Shown here one piece after another: positions 24,674-36,191 of a DNA stretch of 36,706 bases (position 1 is the first letter of the stretch; each line of letters begins with the position of its first letter). The position numbers were made by a program, and so were the translations under genes. The DNA comes from Chiloscyllium plagiosum (lineage: Eukaryota). Below the pieces are notes generated by a model that worked only from the letters and a program-made list of their open reading frames with translations, was not told where the DNA came from and did no database searches. Location: assembly GCF_004010195.1 (NCBI RefSeq), contig NC_057755.1:10580685-10617390 (forward strand). Direction: 5' to 3'.

Positions 24674-27039
24674 AGTCTAGTTAACAAGTTGTTACAAGTT
24701 TCTGGTTTCAATTATTTACTGAAGCATTTGTAAACAATAAGGCTGGATATTACGTCGTCCTTTTGCTTTACGATTTGAGTATTTTTAAAAAACGTTCTGT
24801 GCTGATTGTTGGTTTCATTTGACAGAAAACTCCACATGCAGTAAAAGTTTAAATGTGCTGAATGTTGAGAAAGTATTTATTAATTTATATTTATACACAT
24901 ACCCTTTAGAATATTTTCTACGTATGTATTGGAATCACTCAAAGCTGATTCACTTCTTACTATGTCCAAAATATCTGTTGCCTTGTTAGTTTCACACACA
25001 CTTTATTTTGTTATCATATAATCGTCCCTTATTAAAAAGTGGAAGTGTCACTAAACAAAGACTGACCATCTATTAGATTAGATTATTGTCATGCATAACA
25101 CTCTGCTGTCTATAAAATATAAATGTAGTTACCCTCTCTCATACAATGATATCCTTCTACATGGCAGAAAATAGGACACAACAGTGCATCTGTGCTTTTT
25201 ACAATTCTAACCTGACCCTGCACTCTTTTTGTTCTTTGCTTCAGATATTAAAGTCATGTGATCGTTCAGTTCTGAGGATGGGTCACTCAATCCAAAATGT
25301 TACCTCTCATTTCTCTCAACAGATGCTGCCATACCTGCTGAGCTTTTCCATTAATTTCAGCTTTTATTGTTTATATATTCTCCCTGAGTTTGCGACCACC
25401 TGACCTATCTGTCAAAAGAATGTGTGACATAATCAATTAGCTCAAGTGGACTGGTAACCAGTTAGTGATGCCACCATTCAATCCTTCCACCAGCTCAGGT
25501 TAACACTCCAGTGCTCTCTTTCTGAACCTCTCCCCTTGCTGAGGTGTAATGACCCTCCAGTCAAACTACAACCTGTCAACTCACTCAACTGAGAGAGCAG
25601 GACTGTGGTGATTTTATCTTTACAACGAGATTGCTTGGGCCCTGTTAAACATGCAATAAATATCCAGTCATTTATTGATAATTCCACCATCCTGAAAACA
25701 TCCCTCAATGTATGATCTCAAACCATTCTGGGTCTGCTACAGTTGGCACTGTTCCATTGAACTGTCTCAACCAACTCCTGCTGACAAAATCATTCTCATT
25801 GACTATCAACTAACCTGACACTCCTATAGCGTTTTCAATTTTCTGAATTTGTCCTTCACTTTCAATGCCATGTACCTGACATAAAAATAAAAACTGATTG
25901 CCATGGAATCCAAAGATAAGTTGCATTTTAGTAAATTAAACGTTAATTACACATTATCCTTCCCTTCTTGTCTCTGATAAATTGTTGATCTTTCCTGTCA
26001 ACTTGCCTTGTACCATCTGGACTTTACATTTCACCCCAACTAATGCTGGAACGTACTATAACAAAGCTTTACGCAAATTTATATTCTATGTATAAATAAG
26101 TAACCTCATCGATACTTTTGTGCATCGCAATCAATGAGGAGAAATAGAATGTTACACAGACCTCAGATTAACCTAAGGAGTTATTGAGTCATTCAGCACA
26201 GAAACAAACCCTTTGGTACAACTTGTTTCACAAATGAAACCAATCCCTTTCACCTGTGTTTAGCCCATACCCCTCTCAACAGTTCCTATTTATCTAATTC
26301 ACCAGATGCCTTTAAATCTTGAAATTGTACCTGCATCTACAGCTTCCTCTTTCTGCTGAATAGTTTGGCCTATTTTTGTTTTTCTGAATGATAAGACGAG
26401 GGGTGAGGATAATTAATAATTCACAAAATGACACTTTCTAATTCAAATACTGAGGCAAAGTAATTATTCAACAGGTCTGCCTTTTCCCCCAGTCATCGAA
26501 AATTCCTATCTTTCAGATTTTAATGAGCCATCATTGCTCCTGAACTACGTTCGCGTAACTCTAAAGTTTCTTGCTATTTTAATGTCCCTGGCAAGTGTTC
26601 TTCCTCAATCATCAGGGTATTTGCTGCTTTTGCTGTTAGACAGACTAACCATTTGGAAGTGATTGTTCTTCTGACATTTTCGGGTTTCCTGCTCTTATTC
26701 CGTGTATACAAGTGAAGAATGAAATCAAATTAATTGAATTACAAACCTTGTATGTCCTTACAATCATTGCTCACATTTATCCAAAATTAATCATCGCACA
26801 TCAACAGATTTAATGAACAATTTCTTTAAGAATTCGAGTTTCAATAGTTTCTGAAACATTTGGAAAGTAATAAAACAGCTATTACTTTATTTTGCCTCAC
26901 AAATGCAGCATATGGGACGTGTTACACTTTTGTAAAAAAATAACATGTTGACTATCATCATTATTTTAGGAAAGCTTTAATCATAGTTTATTGTTTGAAT
27001 GTAGAGGGGATTTTCAGCAACATATATTTTGACACTTAC

Positions 27040-27105
27040 CTTGATGACTGTGTCCTTGGGCACGATACGAATTAAGTGGAGTTGTTTCATTTGCTGCTCT
27101 GAAAG
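27040..27105 (-). CDS. Predicted 66-nt internal exon C of the NLR gene (AFRAANETTPLNSYRAQGHSHQ)
   Basis: Acceptor 'atatgttaacag|', donor 'CAAG|gtaagt', phase 1-1, open. Confidence 0.68.
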
Positions 27106-27467
27106 CTGTTAACATATATGTTTGTAAAATTACTTTCTGTCTGAAGAATTGCACAAACCATAAAATTACAACTTCAAAGTTTAATCATATTATGACACTT
27201 ATTCACCAATAAAGAATAGAAATGATAAACTAAACAAAACTAATCAAAATTGAGTTGCCTTCATGTCTAACTTTGAAAATAATACAAACCTCACTGGATG
27301 CCGCATTGGTCACGAGAGAAAAATAGATATATAATCTATCAAATGAAAGATCAGAGGAGAGTTTCACGTGCACTCAAAATAGACACACTTTAAGCTGCCA
27401 CTTCATTATCTAAACACTGTTTAGGATTGTTAACATACTGAAAAAGATAATGTCACTCTTAACTCAC

Positions 27468-27656
27468 CATTTGTACCTTCAGTAGAATTACTTTGCGAGG
27501 ATTGTTGGGATTGCTCTTCACCAGAAGCTATGCTTTTTGACATTCGATAGAGATGACATAAACATGTCACCAATATTAAAATAAATATGAAAGCTATGAT
27601 GAGAGTAATAATTAAAGCAATCTTAACTGTATCCATTTCTACTGTAGCTTCATGTC
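27468..27656 (-). CDS. Predicted transmembrane exon B (189 nt): GHEATVEMDTVK-IALIITLIIAFIFILILVTCLC-HLYRMSKSIASGEEQSQQSSQSNSTEGTN
   Basis: Acceptor 'ttctttttttaaaatag|GA', donor 'AATG|gtgagt', phase 1-1. A ~22-aa hydrophobic helix is followed by Cys and basic residues. Confidence 0.78.
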
Positions 27657-27842
27657 CTATTTTAAAAAAAGAATAAACTCCAATCAGTTGTTATCATTGG
27701 AGGTTAATCTAATTTTTCATTTAATTCAGACTGATTCATCTATTCTCTACTTCATGAGCTCAGATCCCATGTTTGATTTTATGTCCCAGAGTCACTTTGC
27801 AGCTACTATGCACAATAATGCATGAAAAATATCCTTTAGATT

Positions 27843-28458
27843 TGTTATGGACCAGGCCAGACCCCACAAAATATTTTAAGAAGTTAGCCTAGACCCTAAC
27901 TTTTGTTTAATGTTAGATGGGCTGTGGGTATCCCAGGTGTGATGCAATATAAACCACTAGGCTTTAAAAACAAAACACTGTTTATAGAAATACTACAGTT
28001 AAAATACAAACAAAAAAGTGTGTAATTTAGAATAACTTATCTATTTGAAAACTTAACTGAATACATGATACAGTAAATTAACTAATTAACTGCTGCAGTA
28101 TATCAACATCCCATAAACACACCCCTTGGCCAAAAGATGAATTCAAACACAGATTCTTGAAGGCAGGAAGGAATAACATCCAGGGAAAGTTTTCAGAAAA
28201 ACTCAGTCAGGAATCATTTACTGAAACTTGCAACCCTTCTACTGCTCAGAAATCCTGTGACTGCTACAGCTAAAAAAACTAGAAAACTCTGAATTGAGGC
28301 ACAACTTTAATTGTTAATGTGTTTTTAAAAAGAAAAATCAGTATTGGTTCAGACCGTTACCCTGTCCAGCTCAGAATCTCTGCCTTTAGACTCCTCTTTT
28401 CAAAATATACCGAGGACAAAGGACAAAATAGCCTTTTCCAAGTGACAGCATCGTCACA
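27843..28458 (-). repeat. 3' LTR of the Gmr1-like element
   Basis: TGTTA...TCACA termini, similar to 35220-35817. Minus-strand polypurine tract AAAGGGGGAGG at 28469-28459. Confidence 0.85.
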
Positions 28459-29782
28459 CCTCCCCCTTTAAAAAAAAGCCAAGAACATTTTTTTGTCCTG
28501 CCATGCGTATAATTTTCAAATTAAATGGTCACTATAATCAGCTCCATCTAAACCATCTGGAAATTTATCATTATATATCTCAAAACATATTACAATCATT
28601 ACATACCATTGTCTCTGGCATATTACTGGCAATACAAATGTTGAAATGTTGCAACGCCAAAATCAAGATCTCCTTCTCAATTGTAGAATAATTTTGTTGA
28701 TAAATGCTCAATTTCCTGGTGAAATGTGTGATATGTCTTTCTATCTTCTCATTGTGTTGTTGTAAGAGTACAGCACCGATCCCACATCAATTGCATCGAT
28801 AACCACCTTGAATGGGTTTGCGTAATTAGGTGTGGCTAAAATTGGGGCAGTGGTCCATTGCTTTTTGACAGCCCTTCATCACTGAAATATCTACACTTCT
28901 TCAGTAAGTCAGTCAATGGAGCAACCACACTGCTGAAATTCAGTGCCAACTTGCAAGAAAACCCACTCCAGTAATCTTTGTTTTCACATTCCATGAGGCT
29001 ATCTGTCAATATACAACAATGTGGTCCAGTAAATTGATTTGGGCTTTGGCGAATTCATTCTTAGTGAAGTTTATCACCAAACCTGCCTCCCAAGGTCAAT
29101 CAAATAATTCCAATAATTGCTGTAGTCCTTCCACCTGTGACTCAATATCACCAGGCCTTTGATGTATATTAAACAATTGGGTATTCTGGAAATGATTTAA
29201 TACGTTAGTCTTTCAAATGTGGCTGGCACATTTTTCATTCCCTGTCATGACTATAAATTGGTATAGTCCATTTGGTGTTAGGAAAGCTGAAATTGTCTTC
29301 ACTCTTTTGAACGAATTTACCTGTCAGCGTCCTCTGAGTAAGTCCAACATAGTAATATAAGTTGATTGTCCCACCATTTCAATACAGTCTTCCAATGAAT
29401 CAGCTTTTGTAAATGTATTGACTTAGCAATAGTCTACAGATAATTGTTAGGTACCGTCTGGCTTTGGCACAATTACTATGGATAAGCTCTAGTCAATGTA
29501 ACTCGCTTTGATTAAATTATCTTTGTGCTCAACCTCTTTTTGAACATGTACCAACATTACAGGGTTAAGTCTATAAGGATGTTGTTTGATTGGAACAGCG
29601 TATGTTATATCTACATCATGCAGAGTTAATTTAGTACTTCCCAGTTTATTCCCACATATCGCTCCATACAATCGTAACAACAATTTCAGGTCATATTGAT
29701 TATCATTTGGAAGGAAGCACAACAATTTATCCCAATTTTTGAGAAAATCCTCATTGCCCAATCTAATTTGAGGAATGCCGAA

Positions 29783-30698
29783 TTGGCTGGCTGGAAGAAG
29801 ACAGAGGGTAGTAGTTGATGGTAAAGGTTCATCTTGGAGTGCAGTTACTTGCGGTGTTCCGCAAGGATCTGTTTTGGGACCATTGCTGTTTAGTCATTTC
29901 TATAAATGACCTGGAGGAGGGGCTAGAAGGTTGGGTAAGCAAGTTTGCGGATGATACGAAAGTCTGTGGAATTGTTGACAGTGAGGAAGGATGTGTCAGG
30001 TTACAGCGGGATATAGATAAGCTGCAGAGCTCGGCAGAAAGATGGCAAATGGAGTTCAATGTAGGTAAGTGTGAGGTGATTCACTTTGGTATGAGTAACA
30101 AAAAGATGGGGGACTGGGCTAATGGTCGGATACTTGGTAGTGTGGATGAGCAGAGGGATCTTGGTGTCCATGTACACAGATCTCTGAAAGTTGCCACGCA
30201 CGTAAATAGTGCGGTGAAGAAGGCATATGGCGTACTGGCTTTTATTGGTAGAGGAATTGAGTTCGGGAGTCCTGAGATCATGTTGCAGTTGCATAAGACT
30301 CTGGTGTGGCCGCATCTGGAGTATTGTCTGCAGTTTTGGTCGCCATACTATAGGAAGGATGTGGAGGCACTGGAACGGGTGCAGAGGAGGTTTACCAGAA
30401 TGTTGCCTGGTATGGGCACTCGGCTATTACGAGGGGGCATAGCTTTAAATTAAGGGGTGGTAGGTATAGGACAGATGTTAGGGGTAGATTCTTTACTCAG
30501 CGAGTCGTGAGTTCATGGAATGCCCTGCCAGTAGCAGTGGTGGACTCTCCCTCTTTATGTTCATTTAAACGGGCATTGGATAGGCATATGGAGGATAGTG
30601 GGCTAGTGAAGGTTAGGTGGGCTTGGATCGGTGCAACATCGAGGGCCAAAGGGCCTGTACTGCGCTGTATTCTTCTATATTCTATGTTCTACGTTCTA
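29783..30698 (+). mobile_element. 5'-truncated CR1/HER1-type LINE (RT domain and 3' UTR), same family as 5201-5862
   Basis: 'GVPQGSVLGPLL..INDLEEGLEGWVSKFADDTKVCG...KCEVIHFG...EQRDLGVHV', a (TTCTATG)-like tail, and an internal deletion near 30417. Confidence 0.93.
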
Positions 30699-31704
30699 AT
30701 TCTCTTATGTTGGTTCTTCACACTGTGTTGACACCAAAATCACATTCTGCTTTTACTTTCCTTCCCTATCAAAATATCTTTTTGCGCAAATTCACAGGAC
30801 ACACTCTGTGTGATTTATTTTCATCTGGAGTCCTGATCAAATAGTTTTCATGACTCAATCTCCTTTGGTTCGATAAGTACACCTATCACTAGAAGTAACG
30901 CTAACATGTTATCGCCAGTAGCAAAATTGCTAATTTTGGTTTTTGTATCTGCTTCCTGTTTTATTATGTACTGTGATTTTTTTTATTGCTAATTAGCCAA
31001 CTCCTCCCCTTTATAAGCGTTCAAAAAGAATTTGACACATAGTCCAAAAGGTGGCTCAAACTCTGATTTATTAATTTCTTCTTAATCAATTTCATGTTTA
31101 TTTCACCTCATGCCCAAAAAAGCTGAATTCAAAAGGACTGAATTTGATAGACTCATTTGACACATCCCTACTGGCAAATAGTGCAAACAGAATTTCTTTT
31201 TTCCACTCGTCTCTACAGCATTGACTCTAAGCAATTTGCATGGTCTTTAAAGTTTGATGCCACCTTACCTAATGGTCACTGCAATCCTAGAAGGACACGA
31301 TGGATTTGAATTGTTTTATTCCTAAGCTTAAAATTATTCCTTAGAATAATTTTAAAGCAAAAATTGAACCTTGATCTCATTATGTCTCTGTGAGTAGTCT
31401 GTATCTAGTGAAAATTTTGAGTCTGAAATCCGTTTAGCTGTGATAATGTGCAAAGGAATGTCGTTTAGAAAAGTGTTAGACACATCCATTATAGTTAACA
31501 AATACTAATCCGCACTTTTTGAGTTAGTTAGGAGTCCTATGCAAGCAGTTAAGACCCTTATAAGACCATAAGACCATAAGACATAGGAACAGAAATTAGG
31601 CCATTCAGCCCCTCGAGTCTGCTCCGCCATTCAATCATGGATAATAAGGTTCTCAACTCCAATCTCCCACATTCTCCCTGTAAGCATTGATCCCTCTATT
31701 AATC

Positions 31705-32273
31705 TTTATGACACGACAGTGAATCCTTCTGTTAATGAAATCAGACTTTGAGAAGAGTTCACCTCACCTCATAATCTGTTAAAATATGAGTGACAGAGAA
31801 CTACCGAATTTCATATATCTAAAGAAAATAATATGTTTTAACTCTAAAATTGAACATTAAACAATAACGATTCACAACTCTAAGCCCCCTTTCTCTTAAC
31901 TGCCTTAGTGCCTCCAACTCTACAACTATATGTTGTTCCAATAAGATGTTTATTAAAATTACATCAGCTTAGTTTCAAAACCACACAGCCGCTGTCATCA
32001 TCCGTGTCTGTCTTCTTCTGTCTGAAGATCTCCCTGAGCGACCTTTTCTTTCTGCGAATATGTTTCACAAGAAATGATACCTTTGACAGACAGTGTTTCC
32101 TCATTTCTTAGATGTATTTGATGGTAGCTGTTCTCCTTTAAAGGTATAGTACATGCCTTCAACTTCATTCCTGATGAAGGGCCTTTGCCCAAAACATTGA
32201 TTTTACTGCTCCTGGATGCTGCCTGAACTGCTATGCTTTTTCAGCACCAATCTAATCTTCAACTTCATAGCTA
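31705..32273. mobile_element. Unclassified insertion in the LINE 3' UTR, possibly a solo LTR
   Basis: The LINE breaks at ...TAATC (31704) and resumes at AATCAAGAACC (32274). Short inverted ends TATGA/TCATA. Confidence 0.45.
32169..32256 (+). mobile_element. 88-bp Penelope pseudo-LTR tip with a decayed hammerhead core and 12-bp TSD
   Basis: CTGATGAagggcctttgcccAAAAC. TSD CTTCAACTTCAT at 32157-32168 and 32257-32268. Confidence 0.75.
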
Positions 32274-32380
32274 AATCAAGAACCTATCTCTCACTTCATC
32301 AAAAATACTTAATGACCTGGCCCCCTTAGCCTTCTGTGACAGTGAATTCCATAGATTCACCACCCTGTGGCTAAAAAAGT

Positions 32381-32645
32381 GGGGGCGGCACGGTAGCTCA
32401 ATGGTTATCACTGCTGCCTCGGAGCGCCAGGGACCCGGTTCGATTCCAACCTCAGGTGACTGTGTGGAGATTGCACATTTTAAATGGCTGCTCCGATTTC
32501 CTCCTACAGTCCAAAGATGTGTAAGTTAGGTGAATTGGTTAGGGGTAAATATAGAGCAATAGGGTCTGGGTGAGTTACTCTTCCGAGGGTTGATGTGGAT
32601 TTGATGGGCTGAAGGGCCTGTTTCCACAATGTAGGAAATCTATGA
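32381..32645 (+). mobile_element. tRNA-derived HE1/V-type SINE
   Basis: A box GGTAGCTCAATGG, B box GGTTCGATTCC, V-like core, and a LINE-derived 3' end 'gggctgaagggcctgtttcc'. Confidence 0.85.
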
Positions 32646-35207
32646 AAGAAGTTTCTCCTTATCTCCAGTCTAAAAGGTCTTCCCTTTACTCTAAGACTGT
32701 GCCCTTGGGTCCTAGTCTCTCCTATCAATGGAAATATCTGTCCATGCCATTCAGTATTCTGTAACTTTCAATTCGATTCCTGTTCATCCTTCTCAACTCC
32801 AATGAGTATAGACCCAGCATCCTTATGTGTTAAGTTTTGCATTCCTGGGACCATTCTCGTAAACCTCCCCTGAACATGCTCCAGGGCCAGTGATTTAGCT
32901 TCAAATCCTGCGCACAATACTCCAAATTTAGTCTGATCACAGACTTACAGAGCCTCAGATGTACATCCCTGTTTTTATATTCAGGTCTTCTCAAAATAAA
33001 TGTCATTGTTGTATTTGCCTTTCTCAGTACTGACTCAACCTTCAGGTTAATGTTGAGAGAATCCTGATCTGGAGCTCCCAAGTCTCTTTGCACTTCAGAA
33101 TTCTGAACTTTCACCACATTTAGGAAGTAGCCCATGCCTCTATTCTTCCTATCAAATTGCATAACCTCACATTTTCCCACGTTATATTCAGCTGCTACTT
33201 CTTTACCCACTCTCTTAAAATGTCCAAATCCTTCTGAAACCTCCTTACCTGCTCAATACTGCCTGTCCCTCTATCTATATTTGTATCATCTGCAAACGTA
33301 GTCAGAATGCCCTCAGTTGCCTCATCTGGATTGTTAATGCATAAAGTGAAAAATTGTGGTCCCAACACTGAGCCTAGTGGAACACACATGTCATTGGCTG
33401 CCATTCCGAGAAAGACCCTTTTAGCCCCCACTCTATGCTTTCTGCGAGACAGCCAAGCTTCTGACACCATGGGCTTTAATATTACTCAGTACCTCCCTGT
33501 AAGGAACCTTGTCAAAGGCCTTCTTGAAGTCCTGGTGGATAACATCCATTAGTTCTCCTTGGTACAACCTGTTAATTACGTCCTCAAAGAAATCTAGCAG
33601 ATTTGTCAGGCATAGCCACCCCTTGATGAAACCATGCTGACTTTGCCTTATTTCACCATATACTTCCAAGTATTCAGAAACCTCATCCTTCACAATAGAC
33701 TCCAGGATCTGACTCACAACCGAAGTTTGGCTAATCTGACCGATACTTTCCATTTTTCTTCCCTTTTTAAACAGGGGTGTCTCATTCGTGTTTTTCCAGT
33801 AATCTGGAATCCTCCCTGAAACTAGCGATTTCTGAAAGTTTTCAATAACACCTCCACTTTCTGTTCAATGTTCCTCAAATGTGGGAATGGTGTTAAAGGT
33901 GCTTGTTTTATTTTTGCCTGAGGGTTGCCAATTGTCTGACATGTATGATATGTCTGGCAAAAGTCAAGTACATCCTTGTGCAGTCCACGCCATCAACAAT
34001 GTTTTTGTATTTTGGTTTGTGCTTTTCTTTCCCCAAATGACCTCCTTCTGGTAATTCATGTGCTACCCACAACGCTCCTTTCCTTCATCAACTGGTAATG
34101 CAACTTGATCAACACCTGCCCATTTCTCATCTGCTTGAGTATGCAATAGTCCTTCATTTATTTCATCAAGACATCCTATTTAAGATAGTAACACTTGAGA
34201 ATAGACTCAAAATTTGCTTCTATGTACGCTTTTTGACACAATGCTTCACTTTTTCATCTTTTTGTTATAATTCAGTTAGTTTCTCTGAACTAAAAATACC
34301 CACTTTGCCCTCCACCTAGCCTTATTTGTCTCAAATATTCGATCAATCATAGTCTCTGACAATGCTCTTCATACGCCCCACATACCTCCTCTGATAGTGA
34401 AGCAAATACCTCAGTAGCTCTATCCACCAACTTTGTTTCGATTAACAAAATCTATATAGTCGTTGGCCACTTCGTCTGTTTATCCACCTTCTGAAAAGAG
34501 ATTAAAAAGGCTTCTATATCATTCTCATCAAATTTAGGCAATACCTGGATATGTCTAAATAGGTCCCTCCTTTGGCAAGTATGGGTTTTGCCATCATCAC
34601 TATCCTCCTCACTACGTTTACATTCAGCCTTCACCTCCATCCATTTAAGTCAACTTCCCTCTCTAAATGTCAACTTCTGAAGTTCAGACTCTCCGTCTTT
34701 CTGTTTTTCTTCTCACTCTTTTTCCCTTTCTTCTACTGGGTCCTTCCTCTCCTTTTCTTTTTGTTCGACGAGGAGGATTCTTTATTTTTCTCCTTCCTCT
34801 TCCTTTAAGCATAAATCAGACTGTTTCAGTTCATTTTCTTGTTCAAGCTGACTCATCAGCAATTGAATTCAAGCCATTTCCAAAGATTCCAACATCAATT
34901 TCGGCAATTTTAAATGTTTATCTATTGCTGTAATTACCTCTCCTTTTCTCACAGACGAAGGCAACCCCAACTCCAGCTTGTCTGCCAACTCCAATAGCTT
35001 TGCTTGCTCACCTGTTGCAAAACCCCCAAAGTCACTTCTTCGACCCTCAGAAAACGTTTGGTGACTGAAAGATCCATTGTTATCACAAACACTATTTAAA
35101 CCAATCAAATTCAACACCCAATACAACGAACACTAACACCTACCACTCACCACCATGAATTGCAACAAACCTAAACACCAACTGGAATTGCAGAATGATA
35201 CTGAAAA

Positions 35208-35216
35208 GAGCCCCCA
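35208..35216 (-). promoter_or_regulatory. Primer-binding site remnant (tRNA-Pro type)
   Basis: Minus-strand TGGGGGCTC 3 nt after the 5' LTR. It matches the first 9 nt of the tRNA-Pro PBS. Confidence 0.7.
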
Positions 35217-35219
35217 GTC

Positions 35220-35817
35220 TGTTCTGAACCAGGCCAGATCCCCTCAAAATATAGGAAGCTAGCCTAGATGTTTTTTTTTCCCTTATTTGAAACGCAGATG
35301 TAAAGTGAGTGCTCCAGGTATGATGCAACTGATCAAGCCACTCGGCTTTAAGCAAAATAGAAGTTATTTAAACATTACAGTTAAAACACGAACAAAAGAA
35401 AATGGAATTTAGAATAACATAACTATCGGTAAAGTTAAACTCATACCTGATACAGTTATGATTACTAATTAACTATTCCAATATAGTCACACCCCTTGGC
35501 AAAAAAAGTAAATTAAAAACATATTCTTACACACAGGAGGGAATAATATCCAGAGAGAGTTTTCAGAGAAATTCAGTTAGGAATCATTTCCTGAAGCTTG
35601 CAACCCTTCTGGTGCTCAAAACTCTTGTGACTGCTACAGCTAAAAAAACTAGAAAACTCTGAACTGGGGGAACTGGCCATTACACTTTCATTGTTAAACT
35701 GTTTATAAAAAAAATTATTGATTCAAGCTGGTGCTCCTGGTATTTTAGCACCTCTGCCTTTACAACTTCACTTAAAACAAGGGCAAAATAATCTTTTTAA
35801 TGTGACAGTATTTCAGA
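35220..35817 (-). repeat. 5' LTR of the Gmr1-like element
   Basis: Colinear with 27843-28458 (e.g. shared 'gtgactgctacagctaaaaaaactagaaaactctgaa'). The outer end is approximate. Confidence 0.82.
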
Positions 35818-36191
35818 ACCGAATTTTGCAGGAAACAATATGTTATATTGAGAAAATCATGGCATTCCTAGAAAAAGCCATAAACGTGGAACAACACTCA
35901 TATACTTTCAACATGGAAAGTTTCTAATGAAATAAGAACACACACATGTTGAGAGGAGAAATGATTTTTCAATTAAGGCAAGATTATGCATCATTGAACA
36001 TGTTTGCAAGGAAATTTTTTAAAATGCCATATATTTTAATGAATTGGATCATGCAAATTTCAGAAGTGGGAAAATGTTTGTTTGAATATTAGTTTCTGCA
36101 AACAAAAGCATTCATGATGAAACGATGTGTTTGTCAAGTTGCGTCAAGATAGGAAATACTTTTTGATCACTGATTCTATCATTGCAATCAC

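Larger units (their letters stand above)
24145..27177. repeat. Tandem segmental duplication, copy 2 (contains 66-nt exon C)
   Basis: Colinear with 19635-24102. It lacks the Penelope insertion and has its own SINE. Confidence 0.88.
31551..33845 (-). mobile_element. Degraded CR1-type LINE (RT and 3' UTR), itself interrupted by further insertions
   Basis: 'QHGFIKGWLCLTNLLDFFE..DFKKAFDKVPY' and 'VPLGSVLGPQFF..FADDTNI'. A (CCATAAGA)n tail lies at 31551-31585. Confidence 0.88.
27843..35817 (-). mobile_element. Decayed Gmr1-like Ty3/Gypsy LTR retrotransposon (gag-IN-RT-RH order) with nested insertions
   Basis: Two LTRs, a PBS and a PPT. gag 'KLLELADKLELGLP..PKFDENDIEAFLISF' (35070-34350); integrase zinc finger (~34200-33860) and core (~31550-30750); RT 'PIKQHPYRLNP..IVPKPDGT..AFLTPNGLYQF' and RNase H 'APILATPNYANPFKVVIDA' (29760-28500). 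Confidence 0.85.

Noticed and set aside
32381..32452. tRNA gene
   Set aside because: The A/B boxes belong to a SINE head followed by a SINE body and LINE-like tail. No complete cloverleaf.
27838..35822. Target-site duplication for the Gmr1-like element
   Set aside because: The flanks (GATT vs ACCG) do not match and the outer 5' LTR end is degraded.
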